From Candidatus Jordarchaeales archaeon (lineage in GTDB: Archaea > Asgardarchaeota > Jordiarchaeia > Jordiarchaeales > Freyrarchaeaceae): DNA of 32,000 bases. Under the pieces are notes generated by a model that searched no databases, was not told the DNA's origin, and worked only from the letters and a program-made list of their open reading frames with translations. Each line of letters begins with the position of its first letter. Position 1 is the stretch's first letter. The stretch covers positions 28,830-60,829 of the forward strand of contig JAWCFL010000003.1 of NCBI GenBank assembly GCA_038858525.1. The letters run 5' to 3'. The translations under genes and the position numbers were made by a program. Positions 1 to 8,748 of this stretch are shown here, piece after piece.

Positions 1-734
1 AGTACTTCGCGCTCCTCTATTGACCCTATTTTGGTAAGGGCTTCCTCCAGTGGCTGGGGTTCCTCTGACAGCCACTCTGCCATAAAGCCGTAGAGCAAAC
101 GTAGCCCTCCGACGCCCAGCTCCTTTTCAACTGCTTTGTCGATGATGTGAAGGTAGAGGTAGCCTGCGGCGGTAAGTAGTATCCACATGGCGGCAAACTG
201 CATGAAAAACGCGATGGAGGGACGAGTGAAGTTTGAGAGAACCAGTGCTGCTGCTATAAGTAGGGGGTGCGTTGAGGACGCTGTGAGGGACCTTATGATG
301 CTGAGGTTCGATGCACCCCTGAAAACCAGCACTCTGAGAAAGGATATTAACCCTAAACCCGACAATACGCCTAAGCTGGCTGCTGCTTGTAGCTTAACGT
401 GAAAAGCCGCGCCGAGAAAAGCGGGAATACTCCAGAAGACTATGGAGAAGAGGGATAGCCCTGTAAGGCGCCTTATACTCCAAAACTTTCTTTCTCTTCC
501 AACGGCTAAGTCTGAAAGCAGAATTGATAGGAGGGAGGCTGGGAGCAAGGATGCAAAGCCCCATAGGGCGCCGTCCGCCAGCTCTGATAAAGTCCATGAA
601 GAGTGGCACAGAGGGAAAAGGAGAGAGCCTACTGAGATGTGTGCCAGTATGGTTAATGCGAGGACTAGGGGGGAGGAGGGGAGGGCGAAAAGGTTATTGT
701 AAAGTCGCGCTATGCCTTCCAGCCTAAATGACAA
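1..734 (-). CDS. DUF2070 family membrane protein (partial, runs off the left edge)
   Basis: Manual translation of the minus strand from TTG at 734, with GGTGA upstream: MSFRLEGIARLYNNLFALPSSPLVLALTI...WSIRRLTGLSLFS...KELGVGGLRLLYGFMAEWLSEEPQPLEEAL. Open to the window edge. Multiple TM segments and an N-terminal half resembling DUF2070. Not in the supplied ORF track. Confidence 0.75.
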   Translation of the reverse strand, partial: MSFRLEGIARLYNNLFALPSSPLVLALTILAHISVGSLLFPLCHSSWTLSELADGALWGFASLLPASLLSILLSDLAVGRERKFWSIRRLTGLSLFSIVFWSIPAFLGAAFHVKLQAAASLGVLSGLGLISFLRVLVFRGASNLSIIRSLTASSTHPLLIAAALVLSNFTRPSIAFFMQFAAMWILLTAAGYLYLHIIDKAVEKELGVGGLRLLYGFMAEWLSEEPQPLEEALTKIGSIEEREV

Positions 735-844
735 GCTCTATCACCGGTTTTCAGCGATAAGTGGAACCATTAAAAATTTAGCAAGTGCGAGTCACAGTAT
801 TTTGAAGGTTAAATTTAACTTTACGGTTCTTTTAAGGAAGGGAG

Positions 845-1309
845 GTGGCAGGTTTCTCCTCCGAGGCTCATGGGCTGCTTAGCGAGAGGATACGTTTAGC
901 CTTGAAAAGAAGGTTCGAGGGGGATAGCTCTTTTTCGATGCCAGCCAAGTTCAACTTTTCTTCTAAGGGAGCATACGCGACTTTCTCGACGAACCTTTTC
1001 CCGAGGGATAAAGCTGACGCGAGAAAAATTTACCTTGAGGCTCGAGTTGTAGTTAAGACCGCTATTGAGGAGCACATTGGCGAGGAGGGGGAGATAATTG
1101 AGTACGAGGTGTCTGAGGGAAGGATACTCGACGGGGGGAGAGTCTGGTTCTATGTTTTGGAGGGCTTCATCGTTGAGGCTTACTGCTTCACGTGCAAGTC
1201 TATTAGCTTTGCAAGGGTCCTGCATGAAAGGGATCCTAGGAAGGGAGATGAGTGGGTTAGTGTGGACGTCGACGAGAACCTTGACACGCCATGGTTCAAC
1301 GAAAGCTAG
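845..1309 (+). CDS. hypothetical protein (154 aa, one CxxC)
   Basis: GTG start in a purine-rich GGAAGGGAG context, divergent from the DUF2070 gene across an AT-rich spacer. Protein-like composition, no recognised family. Confidence 0.65.
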   Translation: MAGFSSEAHGLLSERIRLALKRRFEGDSSFSMPAKFNFSSKGAYATFSTNLFPRDKADARKIYLEARVVVKTAIEEHIGEEGEIIEYEVSEGRILDGGRVWFYVLEGFIVEAYCFTCKSISFARVLHERDPRKGDEWVSVDVDENLDTPWFNES

Positions 1310-2187
1310 CTTGAAAGCTCGTCTCCCCCCATTTCTATGAAGTGCACGGTGTCAATGGTTATGCTTTCCGCTTTCCCTCCTTTCTTAACTTTCAGCTCCC
1401 CTTTAACTACTTGCACCTCGCCGCTGAGAGGGTTTAGTATAAACTCGATGCCGCCCTTACCTTCCCACTCCGGGATCTTAACGAGTATTCGCCCATCGTC
1501 AAACGACCAGCCGAGTGTTATCAGGGGCTTCCACATGCCACCTCGACCAATCACGAAAAACTCAGGCGTCACACCCGGGTTGGCGGTGGCTTCCTCCACG
1601 AGTGATGAAAGCTTTGTCAGCGTTCTTTCCTCCCCACTGGGATACTTCACCTTGAACGGAGTAATGGGCTCCACAAGGTAAAACTGCTTCTTTTCTTCAT
1701 CGAAGGGAACAGGAAGATTGACTGCTGATACTACCTTATCATTATCCTCGAACTCGAAGTTGGTGTAGAAGGTTTCCTCAACAATACTATAAAACCGATT
1801 TATGACTTCCCACGCGTCGAACGAGACGTTCTCCCAGCTTAGACCAAGCCTTAAAGCGTCAGCCTCCTCGTCTTCTGACGGAAGCCGGATCACCGCCTTT
1901 TGAGGATGCAGCTTCTCGCACACCTCGTCGAACAACGATTTAACCTTGCTCTCGGTTTCACTGTCGCAGTATGTTTCAAGCATTATGTCGAAACGCTTAA
2001 GTGTTCCTCCTTCCCCCTTAAGCATCTTCACAAGGTCGTCGGAGGATAAAACTCCTCTGAGACGCCTAACTCCCTTCCCGGAGAAGATAAGCTTCCTGTA
2101 AAGCTTCCTGTGAGCCGCTATTTTCTCGTAGAGGTTGTCTGATATCGGCGGGCTACTCTCATCAACGTAAAACCTAGGCTTAACCAT
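1306..2187 (-). CDS. hypothetical protein (about 293 aa)
   Basis: Long ORF with E/K/V-rich composition. ATG at 2187 (MVKPRFY) has an AAGGTG SD; the track start at 2217 is an alternative. 4-bp convergent overlap with the 845-1309 ORF. Confidence 0.75.
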   Translation of the reverse strand: MVKPRFYVDESSPPISDNLYEKIAAHRKLYRKLIFSGKGVRRLRGVLSSDDLVKMLKGEGGTLKRFDIMLETYCDSETESKVKSLFDEVCEKLHPQKAVIRLPSEDEEADALRLGLSWENVSFDAWEVINRFYSIVEETFYTNFEFEDNDKVVSAVNLPVPFDEEKKQFYLVEPITPFKVKYPSGEERTLTKLSSLVEEATANPGVTPEFFVIGRGGMWKPLITLGWSFDDGRILVKIPEWEGKGGIEFILNPLSGEVQVVKGELKVKKGGKAESITIDTVHFIEMGGDELSS

Positions 2188-2276
2188 CAGGACAACACCT
2201 TCCACACTACTACACAAAATCTAGGAATGCCCTCTCAAGAATATTAAAGTTACCACACCCACGTTGAAAAGCACTA

Positions 2277-2612
<336 letters not shown>

Positions 2613-2666
2613 CTAACGTTCCAGTTGGTCACCCATAAATGGTCTTTTGTCGCGGGAGGTGTTTTT

Positions 2667-3920
2667 GTGGGGAAGTTGGCGAGAGGTGTGGCGGTGATAG
2701 GTGCAGGCATGAGTAAGTTTGGGGCTTTTCCGGATAAAACGACTAGGGAGCTTTTCGTGGAGGCTTTCACCGAGGCGGTCAACAGCGTGGATAAGGGAAT
2801 AGAAACGAAGGAGATCGAGGCGCTTTTCTTAGGAAATTTCTCTAACGACATTTTTGAGGGGCAGGTACATACTGGCCCCCTTATGGCGGACATGGTTGGG
2901 GTAACGCCTGGCCCCGCTATGAGAATAGAGGATGCTTGCGCGAGTAGTGGTGTCGCTTTTAGGCTCGGCGTGCTAGCGGTTGCCTCGGGGGCACATGACG
3001 TCGTGTGTGTCGGAGGGGTTGAAAAGATGACTAACCTTGAAACTTCAAGAGTAACTGATGTACTAGCGTCGGCTGCGGATGCGACTTACGAGTTCCCGGC
3101 CGGGGCGACTTTTCCAGGGCTGTACGCGGAGATAGCAAATGCTCACATGAAAAAATACGGGACAACTGTTGAGCAGTTGAGAATGGTCGGCATTAAAAAC
3201 CACGAGAATGGTGCTTTGAATCCGAAGGCGCAGTTTCAATCTACTATAAGGGATATAATGAAGTCGAGAATCGAGAGGGCTAGAGCTAAGGGGCTTCCCG
3301 TTCCAAGCTGGAAGGACGAGATGGATTTTCTAAGTGACCCTATGGCGAACCCCATAGTCGCGTGGCCCCTAAGGCTTTTCGACTGTAGCCCGATCACTGA
3401 CGGAGCGTCAGCCGTGATCCTGGCAGCTGAGGAGGTGGCGAGAAGGTTCACCGATACGCCTATACATGTGATTGGGACGGGGCAAGGTAGCGACTCGCTC
3501 GCTTTACATGACAGGGAGGAGTTTACCTCGCTTAGAGCGGCGAGGATCGCTGCTAGAGAGGCTTACCGCATGGCTGGCTTGGAGCCGAGGGATATCCAGA
3601 TAGCTGAGGTGCATGACTGCTTTACCATAGCAGAGATAGTTGCGACGGAGGATCTTGGATTCTTTAAGCCCGGTGAGGGAGGCAGAGCTGTTGAGGAGGG
3701 GTTAACGAGAAGAAACGGGGAGAAGCCGATAAACACCTCTGGTGGGCTGAAAGCGAAGGGGCATCCCGTTGGGGCAAGTGGAGCAGCGCAAGTGGTGGAA
3801 ATATGGCACCAGTTGAGGGGGGAAGCCGGAGCAAGGCAGGTTCCGGGTGTAGAGGTAGGTTTAACGCATAATGTGGGCGGCTCGGGGGCGAGCTGCGTTG
3901 TCCACATTTTCAGGAGGTGA
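2667..3920 (+). CDS. thiolase (acetyl-CoA acyltransferase, archaeal/SCP2-thiolase type)
   Basis: Motifs RIEDACASSG (catalytic Cys), EVHDCF and GHPVGASG. GTG at 2667 follows the SD GGAGGTG; the track start at 2625 is less likely. Confidence 0.93.
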   Translation: MGKLARGVAVIGAGMSKFGAFPDKTTRELFVEAFTEAVNSVDKGIETKEIEALFLGNFSNDIFEGQVHTGPLMADMVGVTPGPAMRIEDACASSGVAFRLGVLAVASGAHDVVCVGGVEKMTNLETSRVTDVLASAADATYEFPAGATFPGLYAEIANAHMKKYGTTVEQLRMVGIKNHENGALNPKAQFQSTIRDIMKSRIERARAKGLPVPSWKDEMDFLSDPMANPIVAWPLRLFDCSPITDGASAVILAAEEVARRFTDTPIHVIGTGQGSDSLALHDREEFTSLRAARIAAREAYRMAGLEPRDIQIAEVHDCFTIAEIVATEDLGFFKPGEGGRAVEEGLTRRNGEKPINTSGGLKAKGHPVGASGAAQVVEIWHQLRGEAGARQVPGVEVGLTHNVGGSGASCVVHIFRR

Positions 3921-4330
3921 AGTTTGTGAGCACGTCAGAGTTCACAGTGAATAAGTTTATGGAGTTTTTGAGTAAAAGGAAAATTATGGCTGCGAAATGC
4001 AAGAAGTGTGGAACAGTGAACCTGCCACCACGACCCATATGTAAAAAGTGCCGTGGCTCGGAGCTTGAGTGGGTTGAGCTTAACGGAAAAGGAAAGCTCG
4101 TAACTTTCTCCGTAGTCTACGTTCCTCCAACTCCACTTGTCGCTGAGGGATATGGAAGAGAGAAACCCTACGCTTTCGGCGTCGTGGACCTAGGGCAGGA
4201 CGCAAAGATAACGGCACGCTTAACGGGGTTCGACGTGGAGAAGCCAGAGAGCATCCGGCTAGGCGTAAATGTTGAGGCGGAATTCCTAGAGAGAAACGGA
4301 AGGGTTATTTTGGCGTTTAAGCCTGCCTGA
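3917..4330 (+). CDS. DUF35 family Zn-ribbon/OB-fold protein (thiolase partner)
   Basis: CKKCG...PPRPICKKC zinc ribbon followed by an OB fold (GKGKLVTFSVV...PYAFGVVDL). 4-bp overlap with the thiolase. Confidence 0.92.
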   Translation: MKFVSTSEFTVNKFMEFLSKRKIMAAKCKKCGTVNLPPRPICKKCRGSELEWVELNGKGKLVTFSVVYVPPTPLVAEGYGREKPYAFGVVDLGQDAKITARLTGFDVEKPESIRLGVNVEAEFLERNGRVILAFKPA

Positions 4331-4370
4331 GGCAGGCGACGATTAGCTGCTGAAACCATTCTTCTTTTTT
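4321..4370 (+). terminator. possible terminator after DUF35 (hairpin plus T-rich tract)
   Basis: GCCTGCC-TGA-GGCAGGC 7-bp inverted repeat with the stop codon as loop, then TTCTTCTTTTTT. Confidence 0.35.
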
Positions 4371-4564
4371 GACTTGAGCGTTTACCTTCCCTTGGTTTTA
4401 AGGCTTTTCAAGCGTGTCCTGAGTTTCTTGACTTGTTTTTATGTGTGCATTTCTTATTTATGTTTGCATATGTTTTTTATTTCGGAGATATGGTGAACAT
4501 AGGTGTCATTGTTTTTTATGTAAAAATTTTTTATTTTATTTAATATTTATTTATACATCGTGAG

Positions 4565-4819
4565 GTGTCCTCTATGGTGTTAGCAACCTCGATGCTCGAA
4601 AAAAGTGAGGTCACGGAGAGCCTACCCCCATCAGCCCTCGAAGTTCTAAGCGTATTAAGAAGGGAGGGGCCACTAACCCCAAAGGATCTCTTCGAGAAAA
4701 CAGACCTTGCACCAAGAACCGTGAGGTACGCTCTAAAAGTTTTACTTGAATACAAGCTTGTAAAGAAGATTCCAAACTTGCAGGACCTACGCCAGAACTT
4801 CTACGTCGTCCTAGAATAG
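4565..4819 (+). CDS. small winged-helix (MarR/TrmB-like) DNA-binding protein
   Basis: LPPSALEVLSVLRREGPLTPKDLFEKTDLAPRTVRYALKVLLEYKLVKKIPNLQDLRQNFY is a wHTH pattern. Confidence 0.8.
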   Translation: MSSMVLATSMLEKSEVTESLPPSALEVLSVLRREGPLTPKDLFEKTDLAPRTVRYALKVLLEYKLVKKIPNLQDLRQNFYVVLE

Positions 4820-4914
4820 AAGGCGGGAACATTCCCACAATACCTCGGTATAACTTACTGTAAAAAGGGGGGCTTAAAGAGTGATACTGAAGCAGTGTTT
4901 CTGGGTGACGAGAA

Positions 4915-5493
4915 TTGAGGCTGATAGTGGCTTTAGAGGGCGTTCATGGATGTGGAAAAACGACGGTTTTCAAGCGACTCCAAGAAAAAAGGCCTGACTG
5001 GAACTTCCTTCCAGAGTTCGTTGATCTACCCAGATACCCTTTCGGCTCAAGGGACAAGCAGCTCGCCTTCAGAGCGGAGCTATGGGTTCTTCAGCAAATG
5101 CTAAAGAGGAACAGGCTTCTAAGAAAGGTGAAGAGGGGAGTAGTTGTATGTGACAGGAGCCCTCTATGCGTCCTTGCTTATTCTTATGCTCTCTGCTCTG
5201 AGGAAGACTACCAACTGCTAAAGGAGATTTACGACGCAATCGATTGGGATGAAGATATCATCTTTTACTTTGAAGAGACACCTGAAAGCGTGCTTCCGAA
5301 AATAAGGAAGAGACAGGGTAGACCGAGAGAGTGGAACGAAGACGACCCACAATATGTCGCGAAGATAATCGAAGGTTATGAGGAAGTCCTTAAAACAACA
5401 GGACGCGTAGTGATACGCGTCAAAAACAGCGACGTTGAAGGAGTCTCCTCAAGAATAATACATGAGATAGAAAGATGTATTGAGCTATTCTAG
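4915..5493 (+). CDS. thymidylate/deoxynucleoside kinase-family P-loop kinase
   Basis: IVALEGVHGCGKTT Walker A, then LPE, VVVCDRSPL and a LID region KIRKRQGR. Confidence 0.8.
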   Translation: MRLIVALEGVHGCGKTTVFKRLQEKRPDWNFLPEFVDLPRYPFGSRDKQLAFRAELWVLQQMLKRNRLLRKVKRGVVVCDRSPLCVLAYSYALCSEEDYQLLKEIYDAIDWDEDIIFYFEETPESVLPKIRKRQGRPREWNEDDPQYVAKIIEGYEEVLKTTGRVVIRVKNSDVEGVSSRIIHEIERCIELF

Positions 5494-5540
5494 CCGATGG
5501 GCATTTACGAATAGTTTATTTTCATTTTTCTCACCTATAA

Positions 5541-6500
5541 GTGGGGGAAGACATGAAGGAAAGCGTTGAGGAGTATGTTGCTAAGTGTGCCACCTTGGCG
5601 ATGTTACTCGAGGTAAGCGGCTTCCCTAAGCCGGGGAACGTACACCGTGTCCGTGACATGGAAGACACAAGATTTGAGCACTTCTTGGCTGGCGCCGTGG
5701 CTGTAGGTCCATCAATGGGAAGGCTTGCTGAGAGAGGAAGAAAGGCTGAGGCTGGAGAGATAAGTGTAGAGGAGATACAGGTGGGGCGCTTCGTTCTTGA
5801 GTCCGTTGAAGCCGCTTCTAGGTGGCATAGGGGGGGAAACACTAATCTCGGAGAGATATTGCTTTTCGCCCCGCTCTCCGCAGCTGCAGGAATGTGCTTC
5901 GCCTCCTCGGGTGAGGTATCAGCGCCTCTTCTTAGAGAGAAAACTTCAAGGGTAATCGATGGGACCACAGTGGAGGACACTATAAAGGTTTACGAAGCAA
6001 TACGTTTAGTGAAGCCCGGCGGGCTGGGTAAAGTAGAAAGGCTCGACGTTAATGATCCCTCTTTCAGAGAAAAGATCACTTCAGAGAGAATCTCCCTGAA
6101 GAAGGTGTTCGCCATAAGCGCGGAGTGGGATTCCATTAGCGCAGAGTGGGTTAACGGGATGAAAACAGTCTTCGATTTAGGATACCCGAGCTTCAAAATG
6201 TATCTTGAGGAGGGAAGCGATGTGAACACAGCCACAGTAAACACCTTTCTGAGGATACTCTCCGAGAAACCCGATACGCTAATAATTAGGAAAGCGGGGG
6301 CTGAGGCGGCACGCTACGTTAGCACGAAGGCAAGGGAGGCGCTTAAAGCGGGTGGAGCATCAACTCCTGAGGGGAGAAAGCTTTGCTGGATGCTGGATGA
6401 GGAGCTACACGGCGCAAAGGGGCGACTTAACCCGGGCACCACAGCGGACCTAACCGCAGCCTCAATATTCGTCTGCCTATTAGAGGGAGTACGCTACTGA
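5541..6500 (+). CDS. citG: CitG family triphosphoribosyl-dephospho-CoA synthase homologue
   Basis: LEVSGFPKPGNVHR, GNTNLGEILL, DTLIIRKAG and C-terminal LNPGTTADLTAA motifs. Confidence 0.88.
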   Translation: MGEDMKESVEEYVAKCATLAMLLEVSGFPKPGNVHRVRDMEDTRFEHFLAGAVAVGPSMGRLAERGRKAEAGEISVEEIQVGRFVLESVEAASRWHRGGNTNLGEILLFAPLSAAAGMCFASSGEVSAPLLREKTSRVIDGTTVEDTIKVYEAIRLVKPGGLGKVERLDVNDPSFREKITSERISLKKVFAISAEWDSISAEWVNGMKTVFDLGYPSFKMYLEEGSDVNTATVNTFLRILSEKPDTLIIRKAGAEAARYVSTKAREALKAGGASTPEGRKLCWMLDEELHGAKGRLNPGTTADLTAASIFVCLLEGVRY

Positions 6501-6592
6501 TAGGCATGTGAGAGGAAAGGGGGATGTTTTAGGTTCTAGAAAAATTTTTTCGTTCACGTTTACATTTTTCCAATTGGTGGAGGGCTGGTAGT

Positions 6593-7612
6593 ATGCCTTT
6601 AGGTGTGTTTCTGACAAGGCACTCAGCTACAGCGTCTTCGTTGGAGGGAGCGCTTCTCCACGACTCTAAGCTCTCGGAGGAGAACATAATATCGTTTTTT
6701 TCGAATTATAATTTCAGGATAGGAAGGGTTGATCTCGTCGAGGTTAATGGGGAAAGCATTCTCTTCGGGGCTGTTAATAAAGGCGAAAACGTGCTTCTCC
6801 TTGGAGTTATAGTAGAAAACGACGTTGAGAAGGATGTTTTTAGAGACTTAATTATTGACGAGGCAACCGCTATGCTTCAAGAAAGGGAGGGAGGATTTCC
6901 AGCGTTGATCGGGTTCTACAGTAGTATTCTGGAGAAGGCGACTAGGGAAGTTGAAAAAAGAATTGTGAGCCTAAAAGAGAAACTAGCGGTAATAGGTGAC
7001 CAGCAAAAGAAAGCGAGGACGCTGCTTGAGACGAGATATGACGAAGAGGTCAGGGTGGCGGAGAAAGCGAGGGAAAACGAAAGAGCTCTGGATGATCTAG
7101 AGAAGCTCTTCAGGGAAGAGAAAGAAATCGAGGAAAAAATGGAAGCAATAATGAAGGAGAGGGAGAGAATAGCTGAGGGGTTGAGCTCGCTGAGAGGAGC
7201 TTTAGATCGCATGAACGGCGTATCGGCTCAGCTTCAACTTATCCGCTCCCAAATGATGGAAAAGGCGGCTGAGGCTGAAAAAGCGGCGCCACTGGAAGAG
7301 AAGTTTTACACTGTTTTCGATGTGCTTAAGAGAGATTATGGTGACGACAAAGCGATACTTCTCGAGTACTTGTATATAATCAAGAAGCCGCAGACACCCG
7401 ACGAAATAGATTTCCACGTTAAAATGGGTGTTGACGCGCTTAAAGCTATACTTAACCAGCTCGTTAAAGACGGATACGTTTGCACCCTTAGGAAGAAGAA
7501 TGACCCGAACATTTACTTTACCGTGTGTCCCTCATGCCCCTTAAGCGCTAAGTGCAAAAGGGAGAGAAAGATAGATTGGGACAAAGTTCTTTCTCTTATC
7601 AAGACTGAATAG
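6593..7612 (+). CDS. hypothetical: N-terminal alpha/beta (longin-like?) domain, coiled coil, C-terminal winged helix with Cys cluster
   Basis: E/K/R-rich heptad region at about aa 110-235. wHTH segment ILLEYLYIIKKPQTPDEIDFHVKMGVDALKAILNQLVKDGYV followed by CPSCPLSAKC. Confidence 0.7.
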   Translation: MPLGVFLTRHSATASSLEGALLHDSKLSEENIISFFSNYNFRIGRVDLVEVNGESILFGAVNKGENVLLLGVIVENDVEKDVFRDLIIDEATAMLQEREGGFPALIGFYSSILEKATREVEKRIVSLKEKLAVIGDQQKKARTLLETRYDEEVRVAEKARENERALDDLEKLFREEKEIEEKMEAIMKERERIAEGLSSLRGALDRMNGVSAQLQLIRSQMMEKAAEAEKAAPLEEKFYTVFDVLKRDYGDDKAILLEYLYIIKKPQTPDEIDFHVKMGVDALKAILNQLVKDGYVCTLRKKNDPNIYFTVCPSCPLSAKCKRERKIDWDKVLSLIKTE

Positions 7613-7621
7613 ACGGAAGCG

Positions 7622-8746
7622 GTGAGTGAAGGGTTGTCAAAGGTTCTTAGGAGAAGAGCTCTCTGCCTGAGGCTAGTTAGGAGTTTAACCTTGAAGAATG
7701 GAAGCTTTACGATACAGGATGTAGTTGATGAGACTGGGCTTCCCCGAACCACTGTCCAAGACTGGATAAGGCGCCTCGTTGATGAGGGATTAGTTGCCGT
7801 TGTTGAGGAAGCTGTCGGGCGTAAACCGGCAAGGTACATTTACGTGGAGAGGGAGGTCTTCCCGTACCAAGCATGTAAACGCATATTCACCAGCGTAGAC
7901 CTCGATAATGGTCTCGTTGAGATATATCATGAGTGTAGCAGTGAGGGCGCGGTCATTTTTTGTGCCTTTAAGCATTCTAAGGCTGGTGGCGCCATATTGG
8001 AGTCGAGATATGAGGGGCCATTCTTAAGGGAGCTCGCTGTTCTCGGAGAAGAGAGGGAGGTTGCCTCAGGGGCATCTATGGCTGTTGAGAAAGTGGAGGT
8101 GTCAGGCGGGAAGGTGCTTCAAACCATTAGAGCAGTTGGGGGGCCAGCGCATGCACTGACAGAGACTATGATGTTTGCTCAGGGCGTAAGGGAGTTGAGG
8201 GTGGAGCAGAGGGAGGGATATGTTAGAGGGGTTATCGCCACGGATTGCCTTGAACATTTGACCATAGGGATAGACGACACGGATACCGCTGAGTCCGGAG
8301 CCACATGGGCGCTGGCATTATCTTTGCTGAAGAGCCTTGAGGGATTTGTCGAGGGAATAAGCCACAAGGTTGTCCTCTTAAACCCTAATGTGAAATATAA
8401 AACTGCGGGGAACGCTGCGAGCTTCATAGAAGTCGCGGCGCCCTCTGATAGGGTGAGCTCGCTGGTCAGCAAAGTTATAAGTATAGTGGAAAACGAAACT
8501 TACTCGGACAACACAGCGATAGCGGTCCTGAAGGGGTTAACGATTCCCGACGAGCTGAAGGTCTTCGCTAACAGGGTGAGAAGAATGGAGGTCACCGTGG
8601 AGGAGGCGGAAGAGGTTGCTAAGAGGGCTGGCATTAATGTTTATGAGGTTACCGGTAGACGAGGCATCATAGGCGCCATAGCAAGCTTAGCCTTTTTCAG
8701 GTCTCCTCCAGAAGTCTTAATGAACCCCGATGCAAGCCTACAGTGA
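7622..8746 (+). CDS. HTH-fused TiaS-N-terminal-like / methanogenesis marker 11-like protein
   Basis: N-terminal HTH (FTIQDVVDETGLPRTTVQDWIRRLVDEGLV). C-terminal IGIDDTDT..GATWALA, KTAGNAAS and GRRGIIGAIA motifs. Confidence 0.7.
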   Translation: MSEGLSKVLRRRALCLRLVRSLTLKNGSFTIQDVVDETGLPRTTVQDWIRRLVDEGLVAVVEEAVGRKPARYIYVEREVFPYQACKRIFTSVDLDNGLVEIYHECSSEGAVIFCAFKHSKAGGAILESRYEGPFLRELAVLGEEREVASGASMAVEKVEVSGGKVLQTIRAVGGPAHALTETMMFAQGVRELRVEQREGYVRGVIATDCLEHLTIGIDDTDTAESGATWALALSLLKSLEGFVEGISHKVVLLNPNVKYKTAGNAASFIEVAAPSDRVSSLVSKVISIVENETYSDNTAIAVLKGLTIPDELKVFANRVRRMEVTVEEAEEVAKRAGINVYEVTGRRGIIGAIASLAFFRSPPEVLMNPDASLQ

Positions 8747-8748
8747 AG

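Noticed and set aside
187-727. Short ORFs 187-402, 394-609, 442-702 and 524-727
   Set aside because: They are shadows of the longer DUF2070 reading frame on the minus strand.
808-819. 12-bp palindrome GTTAAATTTAAC as an operator
   Set aside because: Adequately explained as overlapping TATA boxes of divergent promoters; no second copy noticed.
4371-4560. Very T-rich spacer as a possible replication origin
   Set aside because: No ORB-like repeats recognised and no cdc6/orc1 nearby; more simply a terminator plus the promoter region of the wHTH gene.
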